64,000 nucleotides of DNA from Spirochaetia bacterium (GTDB taxonomy: Bacteria; Spirochaetota; Spirochaetia; SZUA-6; Bin103), in assembly GCA_965203055.1 (NCBI GenBank), contig OZ241863.1:4352001-4416000 (forward strand), written 5' to 3'. A model generated the notes under the pieces. It had not been told where the DNA came from and searched no databases. It saw only the letters and a program-made list of their open reading frames with translations. This document shows positions 47,834 to 57,734 of the stretch, in pieces (the first letter of the stretch is position 1; every line of letters begins with the position of its first letter). The position numbers and the translations under genes were made by a program.

Positions 47834-48865
47834 ATGATGATGATGAGAGCTCACGTGAAGGTGGCGTTGCTCGCCGCCGCAGTGGCGCTCGCAGGGGTCG
47901 TCGCCGCGCCGGCGCAGACCTTGGATGAGGTGCAGGCGGCAGACGAGTTGAAGTGCGGGATCAACACCGGTCTCGCCGGCTTCGCCTTTACCGACGACAT
48001 GGGCCGCTGGACCGGCTTCGACGTGGCCTACTGCCGCGCGCTGGCGGCCGCCGTGCTGGGAGATCCCGACAAGATCGCGTACGTCAACCTGACGGGCACG
48101 AACCGCTTTCCGGCCCTGCAGTCAGGCGAGGTCGACGTGTTGTCGCGCAACACTACCTGGACCATCTCGCGCGACGTCGATCTGGGTTTCACCTTCATCG
48201 GCGTCAGCTACTACGACGGGCAGGGCTTCATCGGGCGCCGCTCGCTGGGCGTGATGAGCGCCACGGAGCTGGACGGCGCGTCGGTGTGCATTCAGACCGG
48301 CACCACCACCGAGCTCAACCTGGCGGACTTCTTCCGGGTCAACAACATGAGCTACGAGCCGGTGCCGATCGAGACCAACGCCGAGGCGCGCGCCGCCTAT
48401 GAGGCCGACCGCTGCGACGTGTACACCACCGACGCTTCCGGCCTGGCCGCCACCAAGGCGACCTTCGACGATCCGGACGCGCACATCGTCTACCCGGAGA
48501 TCGTCTCCAAGGAGCCGTTGGGGCCGCTCGTACGGCAGGGCGACGATCAATGGGCGGACATCGCCCGCTGGACGCTCAACGCGCTGATCATCGCCGAGGA
48601 GCTGGGCGTGACCCAGAGCAACGTGCGGCGTCTGGCGCGCGGCACCGACCATCCGGAGATCAACCGCATGCTCGGCAGCGAGGGCAGCTACGGCGAGATG
48701 CTGGGGCTGGACTCCGATTGGGCCGTGCGCGCGATTGCGGCGGAAGGCAACTACGCCGAGATCTTCGAACGCTACGTAGGCCCGAACACCAGGCTGGGAC
48801 TGCAGCGCGGGCTGAACGCGCTGTACAAGGACGGAGGCATTCTCTACGCACCGCCGTTCCGCTAG
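47834..48865 (+). CDS. aapJ: General L-amino acid ABC transporter substrate-binding protein
   Basis: GFDVAYCRALAAAVLGD, RFPALQSGEVDVLSRNTTWT, SKEPLGP.VRQGD, GGILYAPPFR. Confidence 0.93.
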   Translation: MMMMRAHVKVALLAAAVALAGVVAAPAQTLDEVQAADELKCGINTGLAGFAFTDDMGRWTGFDVAYCRALAAAVLGDPDKIAYVNLTGTNRFPALQSGEVDVLSRNTTWTISRDVDLGFTFIGVSYYDGQGFIGRRSLGVMSATELDGASVCIQTGTTTELNLADFFRVNNMSYEPVPIETNAEARAAYEADRCDVYTTDASGLAATKATFDDPDAHIVYPEIVSKEPLGPLVRQGDDQWADIARWTLNALIIAEELGVTQSNVRRLARGTDHPEINRMLGSEGSYGEMLGLDSDWAVRAIAAEGNYAEIFERYVGPNTRLGLQRGLNALYKDGGILYAPPFR

Positions 48866-48932
48866 ACCGCCGAACCGCGGAGGACCGCTCACCGGCGGTC
48901 CTTCGCGCGGCGCCGCCCTGCAGCTCCTGCTG

Positions 48933-50024
48933 GTGCTGGGGGTGGCGCTGGTAATCGCCTTCATCGTTTCGAACACGATCCGCAACCTGCAGCAAGCCGG
49001 ACTGACGGCAGGTTACGGGTTCCTCTTCGATACGTCCGCGTTCGACATCAACCAGCGGCTCATCGCCTACGATTCCACCTCCACCTATGGGCGGGCGTTC
49101 ATCGTCGGCGGGCTCAACACGCTCCTGGTGGCGGCGCTGGGTATCATCGCGGCCACCGCCATCGGCTTCCTGGCGGGCGTGCTGCGGTTGTCGCGCAACT
49201 ATCTGATCAGCCGCATCGTCACGATCTACGTCGAGTTCGTGCGCAACGTGCCGCTGCTGCTGCAGATCATCTTCTGGTGGGTAATCATGCTGGCGCTGCC
49301 GCGCGTGCGCGACAGCCTCGATCTCGGCGGCAGCGTGTACCTCAACAACCGCGGGGTGCGGTTGCCGGCGCCGGTGTTCGCGGACGGCGCGGAGTGGCTG
49401 GTGATCGCCTTCGCCGCCGGGGTCGCGGCCACCGTCGCCATAGCGCGCTGGGCCAGGCTGCGCCAGGACGCGACCGGACGCAAGTTCCCCGTCGGCTGGA
49501 CCGGTCTGGGGCTGGTCGTCGGGTTGCCGCTGGCGGCGTTCTTCCTCCTTGGCCGGCCGATCGGGCTGGACCTGCCGGTAATGGGCAAGTTCAACCTGGA
49601 AGGCGGCTTCAACGTCACCCCGGAACTGGTGGCGCTGTGGTTCGCGCTGGCCACCTACACCGGCTCGTTCATCTCCGAGATCGTACGCGCCGGCATTCGG
49701 GCGGTGAGCAAGGGCCAGACCGAAGCCGCGGGGGCGCTGGGGTTGCCGGCCGGGGTCACCCTGCGCAAGATCATCCTGCCGCAGGCGTTGCGTACCATCG
49801 TGCCGCCGCTGACCAGCCAATATCTGAATCTGACCAAGAACTCCTCGCTGGCGGTCGCCATTGGCTACCAGGATCTGGTATCGATCGGCGGCACCATCCT
49901 CAACCAGAGCGGCCAGGCGCTGGAGGTGATCTCCATTTACATGCTCACCTTCCTGATCTTCAGCTTGCTCACCTCCACGTTCATGAACTGGTATAACAGG
50001 CGCATCGCGCTGGTGGAACGGTGA
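48933..50024 (+). CDS. aapQ: Amino acid ABC transporter permease; true start uncertain
   Basis: RAFIVGGLNTL, RNVPLLLQI, NNRG, GQTEAA, SQYLNLTKNSSLAVAIGY. Confidence 0.9.
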   Translation: MLGVALVIAFIVSNTIRNLQQAGLTAGYGFLFDTSAFDINQRLIAYDSTSTYGRAFIVGGLNTLLVAALGIIAATAIGFLAGVLRLSRNYLISRIVTIYVEFVRNVPLLLQIIFWWVIMLALPRVRDSLDLGGSVYLNNRGVRLPAPVFADGAEWLVIAFAAGVAATVAIARWARLRQDATGRKFPVGWTGLGLVVGLPLAAFFLLGRPIGLDLPVMGKFNLEGGFNVTPELVALWFALATYTGSFISEIVRAGIRAVSKGQTEAAGALGLPAGVTLRKIILPQALRTIVPPLTSQYLNLTKNSSLAVAIGYQDLVSIGGTILNQSGQALEVISIYMLTFLIFSLLTSTFMNWYNRRIALVER

Positions 50025-51196
50025 CCGATTCCGACCCCGCCGGCGGCCGGCCAAGGTCACGGGCGGCGAGCGCGGTGACCGATTCCGACCCCCGCCCCTT
50101 CTTCCGCAACCGCGATCAGATGCTTCCCGGCCGCCCGGCGCCGGTGACCACCGTCGGGGTGCTCGGCTGGCTGCGTGCCAACCTGTTCTCCAGTTGGCTC
50201 AACACCCTGTTGACCGTGGGGGCGCTGCTGCTGCTGTGGCGCATCGTGCCGCCGCTGCTGGGCTGGGCGCTGTTCGACGCCGACTTCAGCGGGGTCACCG
50301 GCGAGGAGTGCACCACCGCCGGCGCCTGCTGGGCGTGGCTGGATCAGCGCATCAACCAGTTCCTCTACGGGTTCTACCCGCAGCGCGCCTACTGGCGGGT
50401 CAACGTGGCGCTGCTGCTGTTGATTCCCGCGGTGGCGTACGTGCTGTTCGACAAACTGCCCTATGCCCGCTACGGGCGCTGGTACTCGGTCGCCTACCCG
50501 GTAATCGCCGCCATCCTGCTGGTCGGCGGCTTCGGCCTCGAGACGGTGCCTACCGCCCAGTTCGGCGGCTTCATGCTCAACCTGGTGGCCGGACTGGCCG
50601 GCATCGCGCTGTCGTTGCCGATCGGCATCCTGCTGGCGCTCGGCCGCCGTTCGCGGCTGCCGGCGGTGCGCTATGCCTCGATCACGTTCATCGAGGTAGT
50701 GCGCGGCGTGCCGCTGATCACCCTGCTGTTCGTGGCGATCATCATCCTGGAGCTGTTCCTGCCGCCCGGGCTTTCGCTGGATCAGCTCGTGCGCGTCATG
50801 ATCATGATCACCGCGTTCGCCTCCGCCTACATGTCGGAGGTAATCCGCGGCGGCCTGCAGGCAATTCCCGCCGGCCAGTATGAGGCGGCGCAGGCAATGG
50901 GCCTGAGCTACTGGAAGATGATGCGCCTGGTGATCCTGCCGCAGGCGCTCAAGATCGCCATTCCGGGGATCGTCAACACCTTCATCGGCCTGTTCAAGGA
51001 CACCACGCTGGTAGTTACCATCGGGCTGTTCGACATCCTCGGCCAGGCGCGGCTGCTGCAGACCAATCCGGAGTGGATCGGCAAGGTCGATTACGAGACC
51101 TTCCTGATCGCTTCGGTGTTCTTCTTCGTGATCTGCTTCTCCATGTCGCGCTACTCGATCAACCTCGAGAAACGGCTGGATACCACCCGCCGCTGA
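50021..51196 (+). CDS. aapM: Amino acid ABC transporter permease
   Basis: WLRANLFSS, GACW, RGVPLITLLF, GQYEAA, FIGLFKDTTLV; alternative start GTG 50075. Confidence 0.92.
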   Translation: MTDSDPAGGRPRSRAASAVTDSDPRPFFRNRDQMLPGRPAPVTTVGVLGWLRANLFSSWLNTLLTVGALLLLWRIVPPLLGWALFDADFSGVTGEECTTAGACWAWLDQRINQFLYGFYPQRAYWRVNVALLLLIPAVAYVLFDKLPYARYGRWYSVAYPVIAAILLVGGFGLETVPTAQFGGFMLNLVAGLAGIALSLPIGILLALGRRSRLPAVRYASITFIEVVRGVPLITLLFVAIIILELFLPPGLSLDQLVRVMIMITAFASAYMSEVIRGGLQAIPAGQYEAAQAMGLSYWKMMRLVILPQALKIAIPGIVNTFIGLFKDTTLVVTIGLFDILGQARLLQTNPEWIGKVDYETFLIASVFFFVICFSMSRYSINLEKRLDTTRR

Positions 51197-51226
51197 GACC
51201 GGAGCAGGTAACAGGAGCATCTACCT

Positions 51227-51982
51227 ATGTCAGCCAACGCCAGCGCCGCCGCCGAGCCGATCATCCGCATCGCCGGCCTCAACAAGTGGTTCGGGACGCT
51301 CCACGTCCTGCGCGACATCGACCTCGCCGTGTCGCAGCAGGAACGGATCGTGATCTGCGGGCCGTCGGGGTCGGGCAAGTCGACGCTGATCCGCTGCATC
51401 AACCGGCTCGAGGAACACCAGAGCGGCTCGATCGTGGTGGAGGGCACCGAGCTCACCAATGACCTGAAGAACATCGACGCGATCCGCCGCGAGGTGGGCA
51501 TGGTATTCCAGCAGTTCAACCTGTTTCCGCACCTCACCGTGCTGGAGAACTGCACCTTGGCGCCGATCTGGGTCCGCAAGATGGCGCGCAGCGAGGCCGA
51601 GGAGCAGGCGATGCGATTTCTCGAACGGGTGAAGATTCCCGAGCAGGCGAGCAAGTATCCCGGCCAGCTCTCGGGCGGGCAGCAGCAGCGGGTGGCAATC
51701 GCGCGCTCGCTGTGCATGCGCCCCAAGATCATGCTGTTCGACGAGCCCACCTCGGCGCTCGATCCCGAAATGATCAAGGAAGTGCTGGACGTGATGGTCG
51801 ACGTCGCGCAGTCGGGCATGACCATGCTGGTGGTGACCCACGAGATGGGCTTCGCCTCGCAGGTGGCCGACCGGGTGATGCTGATGGACCAGGGCCAGAT
51901 CGTCGAGCAGAACACCCCCGACGAGTTCTTCAACAACCCCCAGTCCGACCGCACCAAACTCTTCCTGAGCCAGATCTTGTAG
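51227..51982 (+). CDS. aapP: Amino acid ABC transporter ATP-binding protein
   Basis: [38 protein letters not shown]. Confidence 0.95.
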   Translation: MSANASAAAEPIIRIAGLNKWFGTLHVLRDIDLAVSQQERIVICGPSGSGKSTLIRCINRLEEHQSGSIVVEGTELTNDLKNIDAIRREVGMVFQQFNLFPHLTVLENCTLAPIWVRKMARSEAEEQAMRFLERVKIPEQASKYPGQLSGGQQQRVAIARSLCMRPKIMLFDEPTSALDPEMIKEVLDVMVDVAQSGMTMLVVTHEMGFASQVADRVMLMDQGQIVEQNTPDEFFNNPQSDRTKLFLSQIL

Positions 51983-52009
51983 TGTTGTTACGATGCGGAG
52001 GCTAGCGGA

Positions 52010-53119
52010 GTGATCCAGACTCTGGAACTCGCACGTGAGCGCCTGCGTTCGGGGCAACTGCGCAACGAGGCGCAGATAAAGGCGGTCGTTATTCTGCCGA
52101 TCCTGCGCGCCCTTGACTGGGACGATACCGACCCTGCGGAGTTTGTACACGAGCACCCGGTAAGGAGGCAAGATGGTACCCATGGATCGGTAGACTACGC
52201 ACTGTTCGGGGAAGAACTTGGTGGAGAAAGGTCTCCCATGGTATTTGTCGAAGCAAAGCGGCAAGGGAACGTCACGGAAGCCGGCGAGGATCAAGTCTTC
52301 ACATACGCGGCGAACCGCGGCGTCCCATTTCTCATATTGACTGACGGCAACATCTGGAACTTCTATCTCAGCATGGCGGCCGGCATTCCTGCGCAGCGAC
52401 GATTTCATCGCATCGAGTTGAAAGGTGATGACCGGCTCACCGACCACGCTCAATTCCTGGATCAGTATCTCCGTAAGGACCGTGTCGGCCTGGCGGAAAC
52501 GAGACTAAATGCGGAGGCACTGCTACGTAACGACCAGCAGAGGAGGGTAGCGCGAGAGGCTATTCCCGTGGTCTGGCAGGCCCTGTTGGAATCACCTGGT
52601 GAATCACTTATTCGTTTGATCACGGATGCGGTAGCGAGCAGGTGTGGTTTCTCACCGGCGCTTGATGACGTAACGAGGTTTCTCAAGGGGCGCGTGCCGT
52701 CACCTCCTATCAATGAGGTTAAGCGTCCTGATCCTGTAATAGCCCGACCGTCACCGCCGCCACCGTCGGGACCGCAGCGCCCGCCAAGAATCCGCGGATT
52801 CGTGCTTAATGGGGAAAGTACAGTTACAGGATCAGCTAGGCAAACACTGATTCAAATAATCAAGAGGTTTCATCGCTTGGACGAGATGTTCATGGAGCAA
52901 TTTGCACTTCGGACGTCAGGACGTACCCGACGACTCGTGGCCACGGAAAGAGATCAACTGTACGACAAACGTGACTTCGATAAATACTCCGAAGACCTCA
53001 ATAACGGCTGGTGGATTGGAACCAACCTCAACCAAGATATGATCCGGAAGCATATTGTTACCGCGTGCGAAGTCAAAGGAATATCCTTTGGCTCCCGCTT
53101 GACGTTGATAGAACGCTGA
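52010..53119 (+). CDS. HsdR-N-like PD-(D/E)XK nuclease fused via a Pro-rich linker to a SeqA-like C-terminal domain
   Basis: NEAQIK..VILPIL..LDW, VDYAL, FVEAKR, QVFTYA, ILTDG..WNFY; C-terminus GRTRRLVA...WWIGTNLN; visibly AT-richer than flanks. Confidence 0.75.
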   Translation: MIQTLELARERLRSGQLRNEAQIKAVVILPILRALDWDDTDPAEFVHEHPVRRQDGTHGSVDYALFGEELGGERSPMVFVEAKRQGNVTEAGEDQVFTYAANRGVPFLILTDGNIWNFYLSMAAGIPAQRRFHRIELKGDDRLTDHAQFLDQYLRKDRVGLAETRLNAEALLRNDQQRRVAREAIPVVWQALLESPGESLIRLITDAVASRCGFSPALDDVTRFLKGRVPSPPINEVKRPDPVIARPSPPPPSGPQRPPRIRGFVLNGESTVTGSARQTLIQIIKRFHRLDEMFMEQFALRTSGRTRRLVATERDQLYDKRDFDKYSEDLNNGWWIGTNLNQDMIRKHIVTACEVKGISFGSRLTLIER

Positions 53120-53128
53120 CTATGTGTG

Positions 53129-54436
53129 TCAGCGGTCGAACTGTTCGAACTCGGCAACCGCTTCGGGACGCCTGGCCAGACAGAGGCGGTCGATCAGATC
53201 AAGCGAACGAGATCCCCATTCGTCGTTCTGATGTTGCTGGTAGGTCCGGAAGATGAGCTTCGCGACGGTGTACACGTCCACGTAACGAATAGTCCCAATG
53301 TCTTGTGCTTCGGGGGAACGATCGAGAATTAGCTCGCAAACCATGCACGTCATCCCTGGCAGACGCTCCCGTGAAGTCTCGAGCGCATTAAGGAGCCAGA
53401 ATGCACCGTCAGCGAACTCATTACTGTTGCAGAACGCTGTGATCAGTTCTACATATGACGCGAGAGACTGAGTGCCTATACCGTCACTGTCGAAACATGA
53501 GGCCGCTTCTCTCCGTATCTCGGCAACGCAATCGTCGAAGAGAACCGTGAGCTTCGCCTCGCACCACGCTCGACACTCGGGCACTCCGAGGTTGGCGGCA
53601 GCCACCTGGGCCACGCCGAGGCGCTGGCTTGGGTCGCCTCGCAGGGCCTCGGCGACCAGATATGCGGCGCCGTCGTGGTCCAGAGCGGCAAGGCTTGCCA
53701 TGCGCGCGCCGGCTTTGCGAACCGCCGGTGCGGACGATCGAAGCATACGCTCGACGATTGGTTGCAGTGTCGGAAAGCGGTCGCGGAGGCCGCTACGGAT
53801 GAATTCGCGCACGTGATGCGTTGCCAGTAGGCGGTCCTCAGCCAAGTTCATGCTTCTAAAGAGCCGCATGCCGAGCGCACGATCGTGGTAGGCCACGGCG
53901 CGGAGTGTCCCGGCGACGCAGGAGAGCACGGCGGCGCTGCGATCCTGGATCATTCGGTCGATGGCGGGTTTGAATCGTGGTATGTATTCCGGATCAGTGA
54001 GGATAAGGTCTCGCATGGCATCGGCCGCCCGCCCGCGCGTGGTGTTGATGCCGTTCATGTGAATGTCGTAAGGCTGGCCTCTGCCAGCATCCGTGTTCCA
54101 TGCTTCACTGGCAGGATCTTCGTGCTCCGTCGCAATACAGTGCAGTATTCGAACGGCGTCGTTCGGAAGCGGGTCTTCAATACTTCCGAGGAGGTCGGCA
54201 ATCGCCTTACCGCATGGTCCCGGAGACTCCTCATATGCCTTGCGACAGACCTGCAGTTTGAGATCGCTGCTGACAGCGGCGGCCTTCAACCCGGCGAGCG
54301 TATGCTCGAGGTACACGGGATTCGCGTCTGCAGGGAACTTCAGACTGAGCCGTGCGAATCGATCGGGCTGCTCTTTGACCCGCGCTTCGAGGACGCGCGC
54401 CAGTTCCAAAGCGCCGCCTTTGAGCGGGTCAGCCAT
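53129..54436 (-). CDS. C-terminal helical-repeat part of an Avs-like STAND protein (separated by frameshift or genuine split)
   Basis: Starts within the last 8 nt of the upstream ORF (ATGGCTGA); helical HEAT/TPR-like sequence, GINTTRG. Confidence 0.65.
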   Translation of the reverse strand: MADPLKGGALELARVLEARVKEQPDRFARLSLKFPADANPVYLEHTLAGLKAAAVSSDLKLQVCRKAYEESPGPCGKAIADLLGSIEDPLPNDAVRILHCIATEHEDPASEAWNTDAGRGQPYDIHMNGINTTRGRAADAMRDLILTDPEYIPRFKPAIDRMIQDRSAAVLSCVAGTLRAVAYHDRALGMRLFRSMNLAEDRLLATHHVREFIRSGLRDRFPTLQPIVERMLRSSAPAVRKAGARMASLAALDHDGAAYLVAEALRGDPSQRLGVAQVAAANLGVPECRAWCEAKLTVLFDDCVAEIRREAASCFDSDGIGTQSLASYVELITAFCNSNEFADGAFWLLNALETSRERLPGMTCMVCELILDRSPEAQDIGTIRYVDVYTVAKLIFRTYQQHQNDEWGSRSLDLIDRLCLARRPEAVAEFEQFDR

Positions 54437-57400
54437 GATATATGTCCGGATCGTGATACTTGTCGATTGCGCGCAGCCACTGGTCGTCGGTCATCTTATC
54501 AGCGGATGACTTATCGATCGGCGATAAAACTTCCTCCATGATAATCCCCTGCGGCTCGCCGTCCGGTTTACTGAACTTCCTTTTCAGCACTTCGTAATCC
54601 GTGTTTGCGCGGACGCTGCGCAGGTCATTTGGAATCGCCGAGAGCAAGTTGAATCGAGTATGTCCGACCTGCTTGTACCGGATTCCGGCGATCGTGCGCT
54701 CGAACGGAGATCGGTAGCGCAAAATCGTGGTCTCAAGCTCCTCTCGATTGCGGGCGGCGCAGTACGGTACCACAGTCCGAATCAGTTGCATCGCGCACCA
54801 GTTCGGGCTGTCCGAATACCCGCACTGAAATCGCCACGGCTCAGCGCACAGCAACAGAACCGCGTCGTCCGCGTAGCGCTCAGCCGCGCCGCCGTAGAGG
54901 GCGAGCAGAAGGTAGTTCGCGACACGTGTGTTGCGGCGGCGCAGCTTAGCGATGGCATGCCCCATCGGCGCGGCGCCTTCCTGCGCAAGCGCGGCCAGCG
55001 CCCCGGCCAACCCCGTGAGGCACGCATCCTCACCTGTCGGATGCTCGGTTTCGATGAGCATAGGCCACACGGCGTCGCGCTTCGGAGGCTCATCATCGGT
55101 CAGCGTTGAGTCGGAGATGTGGAGAACCGCGGGCAGTACGTGTTCGACGAACTCGGCGGGGGCTTCCGCTGCGGATTTGGCGATCATCCTCGCCGCGCTG
55201 TCGTCGTGGCCGATAAGCGAGTTTCCGAACATGTCCGGGGCCTTGCCGGCGGTTCGGATGACCTCAAGCCGCCGTCGGAGGCGGTGGGCCACAACCTCCG
55301 GGATCCACTCCGGGCGTTTCTTACCCAGCTCGTATAGCGTCAGCCAGAACGTGGCGTTCACTACGACCGACCTGCTGACCTCATCAAGCGTCCCATTGTC
55401 CACGAGACGTAGCAGGAGATCGAAGAAGCGGCGGTTGGTGTGGTGGACGGCCCGCTCCATCAGCGTTCGCAGGCGCTGCGTCCACTCGCCGCCCCCGTCG
55501 GCGAACGGTTCGAGCAGGGCCGCGACGCGGTTCGGTGAGCGGCGCTGGTGGACGTTCAGGTAGGTCACCGCCATGTCGACGAGCCTGCCGTTGTCTGATG
55601 CCAACCACTTCTCAATGAGGCCTCGTCGGTCGATTTCCGCGAACCACGACCGCGACCCGAATATCCGCTGCCACGCGATGGCAGACAGCCGGTCGGTATT
55701 TGTGGTTCCGTCCTCGACGGCCTTGAGCGCCGGCGCCGTCCACCGTTCCGCGATAGCCCACTCTTTCTCGGTCGGGTCATTTACTTCGGCAAGCAGCGCG
55801 AACGCCAGGTCCTTGAGATGCGGGCGTACTCTGTCGTCGGCGAGCAGGGCGTCAAGTTCCTCCGCGTACCTGTTGGAGTCAGCTTCACGGAGATAGGCCA
55901 GCACCTGCCGCACTTGGGAGCGGCGGAACAGATGTTGATCCGATCCCTTGAGGAAGGACACCAGCGAGTCCGATCGACTACGGAATACGCGCGCGAAGCA
56001 GTAGTCGAAGAAGCTCTCGTGGCCGAAGCCGTAGCGGCGGTCATCGAAGGTAAGGACGCCCTCCGACGTGAGCTGTTCCAGGTACGCCGGCAAGAAATCG
56101 TCGAGGCACTCTCTGGACGCCGAGAGCTGCTGAGTTGTGGTCATCCTCTCACAAAGCGTCCTCATGATGTCCATCCAACGATCCGGGGCGGGCGAGATTC
56201 GCTCAGCGACCGACTGCCGTTTCACATCCCAGTACCGGTCGAAAAGCTGTGTTGCCGTACTAAACGTGGGCGTGCTCGCGGTATCGAAGTTGGCGCCGAG
56301 CAAAAGGGAGAGGTTCTGCGGCAGGCGCAGCAACGCCAACTGGCGACTCCGGAACAGCGCCGCATCGAATCCTGCCCTCGTGAGAATGGTCTTCACCTCG
56401 TCGACCGGGAACTCGCCGACGCCGACCTGTGCGGCCGCTTCCGGCATGAGCCGCCGCAGGCCTGAATCGTTCTCCCAGTCGAACGCACGACAGACCACGA
56501 CGGTGTGAAGCGCCGCCCGCGCGCGGGAACCCCGCGCCTCGTGCAGCAGCTCCTCGATCAGATCGAATGCGCCGGAGCTCCTGCCGGACATGGTGCTCAC
56601 GGCATCCAACTGATCCACGACCAGGACGCCCGGACGACCGGCGGCCGCTGCCGCCGCTGCAAGTGTCAGGACCGGAGACTCTTCGAGACCGAGTTGGTGT
56701 CCGAGCTCCACGGTGGTGGATGCCGAAAGTACGCGGTCGAGCCGGAATGCCAGCACCGGCGCTCCGAGTGCGCGCAGGCGGTCTACGACCTCCACGACGC
56801 AGGCCGTCTTCCCCGCCCCGGCACTTCCGGTCATGACGCTGTCCGTTGCCGCCGCACCGTCCAGCCGCGACAGCAGCGTATCTGCCGCCGCTCTCGGAAC
56901 GAGCTGGTCCTGAATGAGCTGTCTGCGTGCGCCACCCAGGTACCGGTCCGTCACGTTCTCCACCGCCATTCCGGCGCGTTCCGGCGTCACGAGTCGTAAC
57001 CGATAGCCGCGGGAGGCAAGTTCGTCACGGAGCTCTTGACGCCTAATCGTGCGATGCACGGAGTCTTCGACCAGACGCAGAAGTTCCGCCAGCGTCTTCT
57101 CCGGGTCCGCCAAAAAGAGCGCCTGCGCTCCCAAACGCGCCTGTCGTTGGAGATTGCGCTCGTCGATCGTGTGAACTTCGATCCTTCGCAGGAGATCGAA
57201 CGCAGTCGGAACGTCGCACTTCCAGCAGGCCCGGAGCCTCTCGAACCCGTCATTCCGGTTTTTGGCTGCGAGAAAGGAGCGCTTGAACTCCTCCATCGAT
57301 TTGGCGTCCACCGCCGCTTCGCACAGATCGGCCAGTTCACGGGCGTCGCTGGTCGACGCGAAGACGAACCGATCCTCATTTCCCGTCAGTTGCTCGCCGA

Positions 57401-57647
57401 TGGCCTGCAGCAATCCGCCGGCGCGGAGCGAAGCAAGGCTCCACTTGCCGCTTGGATGGCTGCGCTTCACCTGATGAAGTTCCCGCCGCGCGCCGACTGA
57501 CACGACAAACTCCGCCTTCTCGAAGTTGGGGTCCTCAATGCGAATCGCATCCGTGGCGCCATGGAGCATTCGCACGAACTCTGACACCGTCCACCACTTC
57601 TCGTAGCGGTTGCCGAGTTTGTTGGCAGCTCCACCGGGAAGCATCAT
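54429..57647 (-). CDS. Avs-like (AVAST) STAND NTPase with N-terminal PD-(D/E)XK/Cap4-like nuclease
   Basis: N-terminus GGAANKLGNRYE...AEF...HQVK; Walker A GSAGAGKT; Walker B LVVDQLD; PQNL and FGHESFFDY STAND motifs. Confidence 0.8.
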   Translation of the reverse strand: MMLPGGAANKLGNRYEKWWTVSEFVRMLHGATDAIRIEDPNFEKAEFVVSVGARRELHQVKRSHPSGKWSLASLRAGGLLQAIGEQLTGNEDRFVFASTSDARELADLCEAAVDAKSMEEFKRSFLAAKNRNDGFERLRACWKCDVPTAFDLLRRIEVHTIDERNLQRQARLGAQALFLADPEKTLAELLRLVEDSVHRTIRRQELRDELASRGYRLRLVTPERAGMAVENVTDRYLGGARRQLIQDQLVPRAAADTLLSRLDGAAATDSVMTGSAGAGKTACVVEVVDRLRALGAPVLAFRLDRVLSASTTVELGHQLGLEESPVLTLAAAAAAAGRPGVLVVDQLDAVSTMSGRSSGAFDLIEELLHEARGSRARAALHTVVVCRAFDWENDSGLRRLMPEAAAQVGVGEFPVDEVKTILTRAGFDAALFRSRQLALLRLPQNLSLLLGANFDTASTPTFSTATQLFDRYWDVKRQSVAERISPAPDRWMDIMRTLCERMTTTQQLSASRECLDDFLPAYLEQLTSEGVLTFDDRRYGFGHESFFDYCFARVFRSRSDSLVSFLKGSDQHLFRRSQVRQVLAYLREADSNRYAEELDALLADDRVRPHLKDLAFALLAEVNDPTEKEWAIAERWTAPALKAVEDGTTNTDRLSAIAWQRIFGSRSWFAEIDRRGLIEKWLASDNGRLVDMAVTYLNVHQRRSPNRVAALLEPFADGGGEWTQRLRTLMERAVHHTNRRFFDLLLRLVDNGTLDEVSRSVVVNATFWLTLYELGKKRPEWIPEVVAHRLRRRLEVIRTAGKAPDMFGNSLIGHDDSAARMIAKSAAEAPAEFVEHVLPAVLHISDSTLTDDEPPKRDAVWPMLIETEHPTGEDACLTGLAGALAALAQEGAAPMGHAIAKLRRRNTRVANYLLLALYGGAAERYADDAVLLLCAEPWRFQCGYSDSPNWCAMQLIRTVVPYCAARNREELETTILRYRSPFERTIAGIRYKQVGHTRFNLLSAIPNDLRSVRANTDYEVLKRKFSKPDGEPQGIIMEEVLSPIDKSSADKMTDDQWLRAIDKYHDPDIYHG

Positions 57648-57734
57648 GACTTCGTGGGATGGTCCGACCGGCGGAACCGAAAGCTGCGCACGGCCATAGT
57701 CATCTGATTGGCAGCATGGAGGGCAGCCAACGGG

